64,000 bases of DNA from an uncultured cyanobacterium (GCA_963766075.1 CAVYAN010000017.1:101727-165726), one strand, 5' to 3'; shown: positions 1 through 8,274, counted from the stretch's first letter. Notes: a model not told the origin generated them from the letters alone. Program-made: numbers and translations.

Positions 1-295
1 GAGGCGATGGGTGGTGGCGATCCCAGAGACGAGTGGGCGTTGGGTGAATGAGGCGATCGCGATGAACTCAGTGATCGGGCCGGGGACGTGGGGGGATGCC
101 ATCCGATGGGCGATGCTCTCCGAACTCTGGGGCTAAGGCAATTGCTGTTAAACTCCACTCCCCTGCGGGTAGCCAGCGAGTAGTAGAGCTTACACTGAGT
201 CGTATAAAGAACTCGTATTTTTGTCTGCATCTAAAACTTTTCTAAAATTTTAGACCACTTTTTAGGTGCTGATCGTAGAATTTAGACGGCTGCTG

Positions 296-459
296 AATTC
301 GGATGATTGAGTCATTCAAAATAACCTATGCGAGGGGATTCGGATGATTGAGTCGTGCGAAGCAGTCAATTTAAGGGTGTTAGGATGACACAAGCATCCT
401 ATTTCACTGATTTCCGGTGATTAGGATGATTAAGTCAGTCCAATTACATTGTTATGCGG
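296..459 (+). repeat. Four-unit array with exact 41-bp period (TT[C/A]GGATGA core), ending in a GTTATGC core-like site
   Basis: GGATGA at 301, 342, 383, 424. Units 1, 2 and 4 share GGATGATT[G/A]AGTC. Unit 3 has the perfect inverted repeat TAGGATG-N7-CATCCTA. GTTATGC at 451-457. Confidence 0.85.
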
Positions 460-590
460 TAAGTCTTCGGTGGGGAAGTAGCTGAAAGCTTGCTTTTTTC
501 CCAGAAATCAGCTTAGCCTCTAACCACAACAAAAAATCGTTTAGGTTGGGTAAAATGTTGAATATTTGATCGAGAGCAGGAGAATAGACC

Positions 591-2504
591 ATTAGCGTTC
601 CAATCGGTTTTTTTTTAACAGAGGAACATGTCAGGAAGGCTATTGAACTTCTGACTTGCCAAATTCAATCTAACTCACGCAGTCATCGCAGCTTAGATTT
701 AGAAATTCTTAGAAGAGAAAATGCTCTTGCTGCAATTGTTTTAGAGCAGTTTTACACCAATTACGTTTGCAACGACCTCTGTTTTAATTACCCAGGCTTA
801 TTCCGTGCTACTCCTTATTCTGTGCCTAAAGGTGATGGTGGGGTACGTCAATTTCACTTTCTTGAAATTTCCCTCTGGATACTGTATTACGTTTTAGGAT
901 TTTATTTTCTTGATTTAACGCAAGCAATGCGAATTGAATTGCATTCAATTCAAGAACGTGCATCAATTTATACTTACTATGGCGCAAATATTCGTTTAGT
1001 AAATCCAACGGGAAGCCAGATCCATTATCAGGAAGATTATCAAGAATTTACAAGGAATATACGCCGAGCAGTACGTCGCCAAGTGCAAAATCATAAAGTT
1101 GCTGTTTTGCACCTAGATATTCAAGATTTTTTCCGTTCAATTGATCATTCTCGTCTCATGCAAGTTTTAGCCGATCAAGCATTACCAGCATCACGACTTC
1201 GCCTTCGTTATGACGAGCATACGCGGTTGACAATTCGGGAAATCTTATTTCTAATAATGCGGCGTTCAGAAGGTTTGCCTATATCTCAACAGAATATTGT
1301 CTCCAATCTTTTGAGCCATCTCTTTCTCTATCCACTTGACTGTTGTATACGTGAGATTCAGATGGAGATTAATACATCTCTTACTTTTCATCGCTATGTT
1401 GATGATATGTTTCTCACTGTACAGTTCTCTAATGTAGAAATTAATGAGAATATTGGAACAAAGATGCTTGATATTTCGACTCGAATTGGTGAACATTTAT
1501 CAAGTAATCTTGGATTAACTCTAAATCCGCTTAAAACCAGATTAGATATTCTTGCCTCAGAGGATGATGTTGACGAATTGATTGAACGTAGTCGTCTTGT
1601 AAGTTTCTACCATCCTTTACCAGAGGAGGGAGGAGAGCCGCCTCAAGAAACCTTAAATCGCGCAATTTTAGTTTTAAGAACGTTGAGAAACAGGTTTAGA
1701 GAGCGAGGATATGTAGACAGAATTGCAACTAACGATGATTTAGCTCTTAAACAGTGTTTTCAAAAAGCTGTTGTTAATTACACGCGCAGTGAGCAGGCTC
1801 AACAGCAACTTGAAGAAGTTTTCCATGATTGGCATCCTGCTTTAATGTCAAAGAGCATAAAGGTTTTAGTCTTCCTAGTATCTCGTGTACCAACGGCACT
1901 AAATACACTCCTTAATTATGTTTGTGAGGGTTTAAGAAACCCACAACCATCCTTAACTATTGTTCATTTGGCAGAGTATTTGATGCTTATAGAGGAATAC
2001 AATGGAGAGCTCAATAATGAAGTAATCCACCTTCTTCAAACATCTTCCAATCCATATACTCATTTGCTTGGTCGTCTTGTAAATCCGCTTTCTTCTTCCA
2101 GTAATCGCTACATTAATATAGAAGATAGCTGCCTACAGGCACACAGAAGTATTATGCAACAAGTTCGCCGTACAATTATTGCGGAAAGACGTGGAGTACA
2201 CGGTTTAGCTTATAACCATTTATTGAATGTTTTACAGGAGTGGTGTTTTTGTAATCAGCGGCAAAGTGTAACCCGAAATCATTATGATCGACATCATGTA
2301 GTAAGTTGGCTTGAACCCATTGCAAGCCATTCTGAAATTATGTTTGTAATCACAATATTTGATCGACGAAATCGTAATACAATTTCACATCCTGGAGATG
2401 AGAGTGTTGAGATTGCTCCAGTTAATCAAACTGAATATGAAGAACATTTAGAAAAGCTAAATCATCTTTTACCCAATTTTTGGAGGCGGCTCCCTAATTG
2501 TTAG
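591..2504 (+). CDS. AbiA-like abortive-infection reverse transcriptase with C-terminal HEPN domain (about 637 aa if started at ATT 591)
   Basis: RT motifs LDIQDFF, GLP, RYVDD, LNPLKT; C-terminal RNTISH (R-x4-H HEPN). Frame is open from 588 to the stop at 2504; AGGAG at 578-582 precedes ATT 591. Architecture and size resemble lactococcal AbiA. Confidence 0.8.
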   Translation: MSVPIGFFLTEEHVRKAIELLTCQIQSNSRSHRSLDLEILRRENALAAIVLEQFYTNYVCNDLCFNYPGLFRATPYSVPKGDGGVRQFHFLEISLWILYYVLGFYFLDLTQAMRIELHSIQERASIYTYYGANIRLVNPTGSQIHYQEDYQEFTRNIRRAVRRQVQNHKVAVLHLDIQDFFRSIDHSRLMQVLADQALPASRLRLRYDEHTRLTIREILFLIMRRSEGLPISQQNIVSNLLSHLFLYPLDCCIREIQMEINTSLTFHRYVDDMFLTVQFSNVEINENIGTKMLDISTRIGEHLSSNLGLTLNPLKTRLDILASEDDVDELIERSRLVSFYHPLPEEGGEPPQETLNRAILVLRTLRNRFRERGYVDRIATNDDLALKQCFQKAVVNYTRSEQAQQQLEEVFHDWHPALMSKSIKVLVFLVSRVPTALNTLLNYVCEGLRNPQPSLTIVHLAEYLMLIEEYNGELNNEVIHLLQTSSNPYTHLLGRLVNPLSSSSNRYINIEDSCLQAHRSIMQQVRRTIIAERRGVHGLAYNHLLNVLQEWCFCNQRQSVTRNHYDRHHVVSWLEPIASHSEIMFVITIFDRRNRNTISHPGDESVEIAPVNQTEYEEHLEKLNHLLPNFWRRLPNC

Positions 2505-2512
2505 GTGAAGCA

Positions 2513-2599
2513 GCATAGCAACCCTGTTGGAGCGGATTGCCGAGAGATCCTGGCTGTGTTGCATAAGTTATTGACAACCGCTCAACAGGAACGTTATAC
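2513..2599 (+). mobile_element. attC-like integron cassette recombination site
   Basis: GCATAGC (degenerate inverse core) ... CCTGTTGGAGCGG / CCGCTCAACAGG arms with one extra G ... GTTATAC core; directly after the RT stop. Confidence 0.75.
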
Positions 2600-2617
2600 G
2601 GATGAGGTAAAAATTAA

Positions 2618-3340
2618 GTGAATCCCACAATTAGGGCGGCAGTCCAAAACCTATTTGAGAATAAGTTAAATCTCGGGAAATGTCCTTCTTGTTCAGCATG
2701 TGATGCGATGTTCAAGAATCCGCTAATGCCTTGGTACATCGGAGATAATTTCTATCAAACCAAGGAGCGCGTCCTATTCTTCGGCAAACCTCATCGCGGA
2801 ACCCCGGGAGAAGTCCTAGAGTCCGGAATTATCGATCCTTCAAAAATAGTCTTAGAACTTATAGATAAAAGTTGGCCTTACTGGAGCTACACAAAACATA
2901 TTGGAGAGCAATTGTATGGAGAGAACGGGATAGATTATTTAGCAATGTCCAACATTATCAAATGCACAAATGTTAATGCGGACAAGCCCGGAAAAGCCGT
3001 AGACAATACTTCAATAAAAATGGCTGAAGCTTGTATTGGAAATTTGGGTGTAATTTTCGAGGAAATCGAAATTATCAATCCAAAAACGTTGATTTTCTAT
3101 ACTTGTGGGCTTTTCCCGGAAATTTTAGTTTCAGCAATCGAGAAGAAATTCAATAGAACTAAAATAGGCATTTCGAGCAGCGTTAAATGTGGAAAAAAGT
3201 CCCTTCAAACCCGGGAGCTGCTTATTGAAACAAAGAGTGGTGAGCATTTGAATGCTTTAATTGTAGGACATCCAGAAAGAATGAAGAAAGACGATTTCTG
3301 CTTCTATATTTCGGAGTGGATTAAGGCAAAGAATCCTTAA
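2618..3340 (+). CDS. Uracil-DNA glycosylase superfamily-like protein
   Basis: Motifs VLFFGK, SNIIKC, EEIEIINPKTLIF and C-terminal GHP fit the UDG-like fold pattern; AT-rich; follows an attC core. Confidence 0.6.
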   Translation: MNPTIRAAVQNLFENKLNLGKCPSCSACDAMFKNPLMPWYIGDNFYQTKERVLFFGKPHRGTPGEVLESGIIDPSKIVLELIDKSWPYWSYTKHIGEQLYGENGIDYLAMSNIIKCTNVNADKPGKAVDNTSIKMAEACIGNLGVIFEEIEIINPKTLIFYTCGLFPEILVSAIEKKFNRTKIGISSSVKCGKKSLQTRELLIETKSGEHLNALIVGHPERMKKDDFCFYISEWIKAKNP

Positions 3341-3444
3341 TAAATGCACAAAGGGCCGCGCTAAATTCATTAGGGCGCGATCTCCGATCTCGTAGGATGC
3401 TTTAGCGCCCGCGTAAAGCATCATCCCATGCAATGTGTAGTAAA

Positions 3445-3718
3445 AGTAGGGTGGGCATTGTCTACATTCACCTTTGCATCCGGCAGTAAGGCGATTTCCG
3501 ACAAATAATATACCTGCTGCTGGCTACCCTGCGGGAAGCGAACTACGGCTCCGCTCAGCCAGCGAGAGATTGCTCCCTACCCTGCGGGAAGCGAACTACG
3601 ACTTCGCTCAGGGAGCAATCTTGGTCGGTATAATTTTTCCTGGAAATCGCCCAACTTGAGTGGAGTACCGCACAACCCAACGCTCTAAAGCCAGCGATCG
3701 CCTCTCTCGGCTAAAATA
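3445..3718 (+). repeat. Composite repeat copy 1: GTAG-type REP plus MITE-like element (GGCGATTTCC...GGAAATCGCC, 3490-3651) plus promoter-like tail
   Basis: Near-identical to 4389-4656; 10-bp terminal inverted repeats; internal CTACCCTGCGGGAAGCGAACTACG motifs. Confidence 0.85.
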
Positions 3719-3748
3719 AAGGAGTCAAGTCGTAGCGAGGTCAAATTG

Positions 3749-4024
3749 ATGACTGTTCAACGACCCCGATATAGCAAGGAAGAGGTCGCCTGCCGTGGCA
3801 AAGCGATCTATGAGTCTCAAGTGCGTCCTAAGGTCGAAACAAGTCATCATGGCAAAATTGTGGCGATCGACATTGAAACAGGCGGTTTTGAAATAGCAAA
3901 GGACAGTCTCACAGCATCAGACCAACTGCTAGAGAAATACCCAGAAGCTCAGATCTGGTTTGTACGGGTTGGACATCGAGCCGTTCATCGCGTTGGTTCA
4001 GTCGGTTCAAGCGTCTTTCAATGA
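3749..4024 (+). CDS. Small conserved protein (DUF5678-like), partner of clan AA aspartic protease
   Basis: GKIVAIDIETG motif; stop overlaps next start (ATGA); paralog at 4687. Confidence 0.7.
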   Translation: MTVQRPRYSKEEVACRGKAIYESQVRPKVETSHHGKIVAIDIETGGFEIAKDSLTASDQLLEKYPEAQIWFVRVGHRAVHRVGSVGSSVFQ

Positions 4025-4392
4025 TTCTAGGCAACGTCAACATAAATCGTGAGGCGGTGATTCAGATTGCTGTTTTGAGCGATCGCAAGCAAGTCAAAGC
4101 TGTCAGAGCAGTGATTGATACAGGATATACAGGTGACTTGATGTTGCCGACAGCGATTGTCAAAGAGTTAGGTTTAACTCTTCGAGGAATCCAGGATACG
4201 ACTCTGGGCGACGGTAGCCTGACGATGTTTGAGATGTATGCAGGTTCCGTAATCTGGGATGGGCAAGTCCGAAGGGTTGAGGTTAATGCGTCAGAAACAG
4301 AGTTCTTGGTTGGCATGGGCCTATTGGAAGAGCACAAGTTAGAGATCGAGGCTAGACCTGGCGGTATGGTTAGAATTACTGCTCTCTCGTAG
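4021..4392 (+). CDS. Clan AA (retropepsin-like) aspartic protease
   Basis: AVIDTG catalytic motif, LGDG flap, LVGMGLL C-terminal motif; 123 aa. Confidence 0.85.
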   Translation: MILGNVNINREAVIQIAVLSDRKQVKAVRAVIDTGYTGDLMLPTAIVKELGLTLRGIQDTTLGDGSLTMFEMYAGSVIWDGQVRRVEVNASETEFLVGMGLLEEHKLEIEARPGGMVRITALS

Positions 4393-4656
4393 GTGGGCAC
4401 TGCCCATATTCACCTTTGCATCCGGCAGTAAGGCGATTTCCGACAAATAATATACCTGCTGCTGGCTACCCTGCGGGAAGCGAACTACGGCTCCGCTCAG
4501 CCAGCGAGAGATTGCTCCCTGAGCGCAGTCGAAGGGAGCGCAGTCGAAGGGAACAATCTCGGTCGGTATAATTTTTCCTGGAAATCGCCCAACTTGAGTC
4601 GAGTACCGCACAACTCAACGCTCTAAAGCCAGCGATCGCCTGCCTAAGCTAAAATA
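4389..4656 (+). repeat. Composite repeat copy 2 (MITE-like core 4432-4589)
   Basis: Near-identical to 3445-3718 except one internal motif is replaced by GAGCGCAGTCGAAGG x2. Confidence 0.85.
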
Positions 4657-4686
4657 GATGGGTCAAGTCGGAACGAGGTCACACCT

Positions 4687-4962
4687 ATGGCAGTTCGCCA
4701 ACGACGTTACAGCAAGGAAGAGTTGGCTCGGCGTGGGCAAGCACTCTATGACTCCAGCATTCGGCAGCAAGTCGAGGCGGGAAATGAGGGAAAGATTGTT
4801 GCGATCGACATCGAAACCGGAGCCTTTGAGGTCGATGACAATGTTTTGCCTGCGACCAACCGATTGTTTGAGCGACATCCCGATGCTCAACCCTGGGTAA
4901 TTCGGATTGGACACCGCGCTGTTTATCACTTTGGAGCACGGAGTCTGGCAAAAAACAAATGA
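4687..4962 (+). CDS. Small conserved protein (DUF5678-like), paralog of 3749-4024
   Basis: RYSKEE and GKIVAIDIETG shared with the paralog; ATGA overlap with the protease. Confidence 0.7.
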   Translation: MAVRQRRYSKEELARRGQALYDSSIRQQVEAGNEGKIVAIDIETGAFEVDDNVLPATNRLFERHPDAQPWVIRIGHRAVYHFGARSLAKNK

Positions 4963-5333
4963 TACAGGGCGTTGTTAGTCAGAGTCGTGAAGCGATTCTT
5001 CCCCTCGTGGTCGGAAATGCAACTGGGCAACGGCAAGTTGTTGAGGCTGTGATTGATACAGGATTCAACGGGTTCCTGTCGTTACCATCCACGATCATTG
5101 CCGCACTAAATCTGCCTTGGAATGGTTCTGATATCGTCACTTTGGGTGATGGCAGCGAGACGCTGTTTGATTTGTATGCTGCAACTGTCATTTGGGATGG
5201 GCAATACCGTGACATTGATATTGCAGACTCGGAGACAGAACCTCTGGTGGGCATGGCGTTACTCTACGGGTACAGATTGCAGATTGATGCGATTGAAGGC
5301 GGCATTGTCAGGATCGAAGTATTGTTATCCTAG
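4959..5333 (+). CDS. Clan AA aspartic protease, paralog of 4021-4392
   Basis: AVIDTGFNG, LGDG, PLVGMALL. Confidence 0.85.
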   Translation: MIQGVVSQSREAILPLVVGNATGQRQVVEAVIDTGFNGFLSLPSTIIAALNLPWNGSDIVTLGDGSETLFDLYAATVIWDGQYRDIDIADSETEPLVGMALLYGYRLQIDAIEGGIVRIEVLLS

Positions 5334-5356
5334 CAAAAGGTTATCGGTGAGACACT

Positions 5357-5437
5357 GTCTAACAAGTCGATAGAGCGGCCATTGAAGATTTTGTGCTTCG
5401 TTTTAAGTCCGGTTATTGCCGCTCATCTTAGTTACGA
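5357..5437 (+). mobile_element. attC-like site with degenerate right end
   Basis: GTCTAAC inverse core; GATAGAGCGGC / GCCGCTCATC arms with one extra base; GTT at 5431. Confidence 0.6.
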
Positions 5438-5539
5438 GGAGGCGTAGATATCAGTCTTATTGCATCTTCAACCGATAAACCTGTTGAAGAAATCCGTAAA
5501 CTTCAGCAGCAAGTAGGGGATAAATCTCCACAAAGCTAA
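5432..5539 (+). pseudogene. Possible C-terminal remnant of an Rpn-like (PD-(D/E)XK) protein
   Basis: Translates LRGGVDISLIASSTDKPVEEIRKLQQQVGDKSPQS*, resembling Rpn C-terminal tails; no start codon. Confidence 0.3.
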
Positions 5540-5725
5540 ATTGACCTGCGTAGCGATCGCCTGATAAACCACCAGAAGGCATTGTTCAACAACTTCTCTT
5601 CGCTACTGGATGAACGTGAGCCAATCATGAGCGACTGGGAACTTTAGTAGAGGCAATCCAGTGAGTCATGGAGAGCGTGATAGGCCATACTAGACGGTAG
5701 ACACCTTCAATCTTAGGAGTCGTCT

Positions 5726-5953
5726 ATGTTGCTACAAGAAGTCAAGGAGCAGGTCTTCAAACTTTCACCCAGCGATCGCCTTGCGTTAGTCAGCGCCATT
5801 ATTGAGTCCCTACAAGATCAGCCAGTTTCCAGGGCTGATCGTTCTGGTGCGATTCAGCGGATGCGAGGCTTGTTAAAGACAGACCACCCTGCACCGACAG
5901 ATGAGGACGTGGCTGCACTGTTGGAAGCGCGACAGGTGGAGAAGTATCTTTAG
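5726..5953 (+). CDS. Putative antitoxin
   Basis: 75 aa, AGGAG RBS, overlaps the downstream PIN gene by 1 nt. Confidence 0.7.
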   Translation: MLLQEVKEQVFKLSPSDRLALVSAIIESLQDQPVSRADRSGAIQRMRGLLKTDHPAPTDEDVAALLEARQVEKYL

Positions 5954-6381
5954 TGAGAGTTTTAATTGACACCAACATTGTCCTAGATTTTCTGTTGCAG
6001 CGAGAGCCATTTTCCCAAGACGCAGAGTTGTTGTTTCAAGCGATCGCGGCAGATCGAGTGATCGGATATGTTACGGCGACAACGCTCACGGATATTTTTT
6101 ACATTTCTCGCAAACATACTTGCAGCGTTGAGCAAGCACGGCAAGCCGTTTCAGAAACGCTGACTGCCATGGTCATTTGTCCTATTGATCGAGCCGCTTT
6201 AGAATTAGCTTTCAACTCCGGCTGGATTGATTTTGAAGATGCTGCTCAAATTTTCGGTGCGGTTGCTCAAGGGCTGGATGCGATCCTGACCCGCGATAAT
6301 CAAGGCTTTCTCAGTTCGCCCATACCTGTTTTGTCTATTCAGAAGTTGTTGCAGCAATCAGGGCCGCAGAATCGAGGGTAG
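5953..6381 (+). CDS. PIN-domain (VapC-like) toxin
   Basis: MRVLIDTNIVLD, DFEDA, ILTRD PIN motifs. Confidence 0.9.
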   Translation: MRVLIDTNIVLDFLLQREPFSQDAELLFQAIAADRVIGYVTATTLTDIFYISRKHTCSVEQARQAVSETLTAMVICPIDRAALELAFNSGWIDFEDAAQIFGAVAQGLDAILTRDNQGFLSSPIPVLSIQKLLQQSGPQNRG

Positions 6382-6437
6382 TTGGTGAGGCGGCATAGAT
6401 GGCGATCGTATTGTCAGATTGTCGCAAACGCAGTCCA

Positions 6438-6529
6438 ATCGGGATAGGGAGAATCCTCACGAATCCCCTCTTCCCACACTGCCGGTACCTTTGCTACCGG
6501 CAGTCGCGCAACCGGAACGTTGGACGCAC
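6438..6529 (-). mobile_element. Internally deleted group II intron remnant (92 nt)
   Basis: Minus strand begins GTGCG and ends with a domain VI-like GTGTGGGAAGAGGGGATTCGTGAGGATTCTCCCTATCCCGAT. Confidence 0.65.
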
Positions 6530-6648
6530 CCGCAAAGGTTAAAACTTATACAGAGTGGGTAGAATGGAAACTCAATCCTCTAAAGTGAAGGGTGAATCAG
6601 TAGCCACTGCAAAGCTACAATTTGATTAACATTCAGATGCTTATAACT

Positions 6649-6879
6649 ATGAACTACCGAAACCACATCACGATCGAACCCAATAAACGGGGTGGAAAGC
6701 CTTGTGTCCGTGGACTGCGGATTACGGTTTATGAAGTGCTTGAGTACCTGGCTTCCGAGATGACCGAAGCAGAAATTCTCGATGATTTTCCTGATCTAAC
6801 GCGAGAAGATTTGAAAGCCTGTATTGCCTATGCTGCCGACCGTGAGCGTCGGTTTATGACCGCTCCATTATCCGCATGA
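6649..6879 (+). CDS. DUF433 family antitoxin
   Basis: ITIEPNKRGGKPCVRGLRITV...DFPDLTREDLKACIAYA signature. Confidence 0.9.
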   Translation: MNYRNHITIEPNKRGGKPCVRGLRITVYEVLEYLASEMTEAEILDDFPDLTREDLKACIAYAADRERRFMTAPLSA

Positions 6880-7208
6880 AATTACTCTTTGATGAAAACT
6901 TGTCACCCAAATTGCCAAACCGTTTAAGTGATCTTTTCCCAAGTTCGCTTCACGTTCGAGATGCGGGCATGAAGGCGATGATCGACCCAATCGTTTGGGA
7001 TTACACCAAGGATAATAATTTGATGATTGTCTCGAAAGATGCGGATATGCACGACCTCAGCCTAGTATTTGGAAATCCACCGAAAGTGATTTGGCTTCGC
7101 CTTGGAAATTGTTCGACATCACAGGTGGAGCACTTGCTACGTCAGAGTTTTGACGCGATCAAGTTATTCCATGAAGATGAGAACTTATCGCTACTGGCTT
7201 TATCGTAA
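6876..7208 (+). CDS. DUF5615 / PIN-like toxin
   Basis: MKLLFDENLSP, IVSKDADM, PPKVIWLRLGN; ATGA overlap with DUF433. Confidence 0.9.
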   Translation: MKLLFDENLSPKLPNRLSDLFPSSLHVRDAGMKAMIDPIVWDYTKDNNLMIVSKDADMHDLSLVFGNPPKVIWLRLGNCSTSQVEHLLRQSFDAIKLFHEDENLSLLALS

Positions 7209-7239
7209 TCCGCAACGGTCTACGCGCCAAGTCATCCTA

Positions 7240-7415
7240 GGCGATTTCCCAGAAATAATATATCCACTGGGTCATCAATCCGCTGGCTACCCTGCGGGAA
7301 GTAAACTACGACTTCGCTCAGCCAGCGGAAGATTGCTCCCTACCCTGCGGGAAGCGAACTACGACTCCACTCCGGGAGCAATCTGGGTCGGTAGATTCTT
7401 GTATAGAACTCTCCG
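7240..7415 (+). repeat. Third, degenerate copy of the MITE-like element
   Basis: GGCGATTTCC left end and the same internal motifs as 3490 and 4432; right end eroded. Confidence 0.75.
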
Positions 7416-7438
7416 AATTTGAAGTGTGGCGATCGCGG

Positions 7439-8254
7439 TTAAGTCGGGGGCATCACCACCTTACGAGCAAGGCCCAAACGCTTTAATAGCCAAATAGCCC
7501 ACCAGGTTGGATCGTACTCCCACCAGCGCCAGCCCGCCTTGGCCACATGGGGATAGGCATGATGATTATTGTGCCACCCCTCGCCATAGGTCAAAATGGC
7601 CGCCCACCAGAGATTCCGAGAATTGTCATTCACCTCAAACGTGCGATACCCCCACAGATGGGTAACCGAATTGATAAACCAGGTGCTGTGCCACAGCAAA
7701 ACGGCCCTCACAAACATGCCATACACGACAAATGACCAGCCACCCAGCACATAGAGCAACAGCCCCAAGGGGACTTGCAGCAGGAGAAAATAGCGGTTGA
7801 GCCAGCGATAGAACCCCTGACGAGCCAGGTCAGGCGCAAACTTTTGATAGTGCTCATAGTCAAAAAATTCCGGCTTCGGGTAAAAGATCCACAGCATGTG
7901 GCTCCACCAAAATCCCCGCTTCGCCGAGTAGGGATCCTGCTCCACATCCTCCGTATGGGCATGGTGCAACCGATGCCCTGCCACCCAAAAAATCGGGCCG
8001 CCCTGGAGTGCCAGCGTTCCCAGGATGGCGATCGCATACTCCAACCCGCGCGGTACCTGCAAACTGCGATGGCTCAACAAACGGTGATAGCCCAAGCAAA
8101 TGCCAATACTGCCGAATAACCAGTGCAGAAATAGGGTGATCCCCAGGGCAGACCAAGAGAAGCACCAGATGGCTGAAAGGGCGAGCACATGAATAGTTGC
8201 GAAAAAGAAAACCGCTGTCCAATCTAGCGGATATTGAGTCGGCATTATTTGCAT
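7439..8254 (-). CDS. Delta-9 acyl-lipid desaturase (DesC/DesF-like)
   Basis: His boxes HRLLSH, HRLHH, WHNNHH. Confidence 0.9.
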   Translation of the reverse strand: MQIMPTQYPLDWTAVFFFATIHVLALSAIWCFSWSALGITLFLHWLFGSIGICLGYHRLLSHRSLQVPRGLEYAIAILGTLALQGGPIFWVAGHRLHHAHTEDVEQDPYSAKRGFWWSHMLWIFYPKPEFFDYEHYQKFAPDLARQGFYRWLNRYFLLLQVPLGLLLYVLGGWSFVVYGMFVRAVLLWHSTWFINSVTHLWGYRTFEVNDNSRNLWWAAILTYGEGWHNNHHAYPHVAKAGWRWWEYDPTWWAIWLLKRLGLARKVVMPPT

Positions 8255-8274
8255 TAGAACATCTCAAAAAATAC

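Noticed and set aside
1..102. Minus-strand ORF start (MASPHVPGP...) running off the window
   Set aside because: Too short and no recognisable motif.
296..459. Canonical CRISPR or TIGR array
   Set aside because: Conserved part only about 18 nt, unit 3 diverges, variable halves retain positional similarity, and no cas or Nop-domain gene is in the window.
555..569. ATG 555 as RT start
   Set aside because: In frame but followed by TGA 567 and TAG 585.
591..2504. Retron or group II intron RT
   Set aside because: No retron NAxxH/VTG motifs, no maturase domain or flanking intron structure; the C-terminal HEPN fits AbiA-type.
3338..3378. attC after the UDG-like gene
   Set aside because: Only faint remnants, no convincing paired arms.
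3474..3659. Short ORFs at 3474, 4339 and 7102
   Set aside because: They are translations of the MITE-like repeat.
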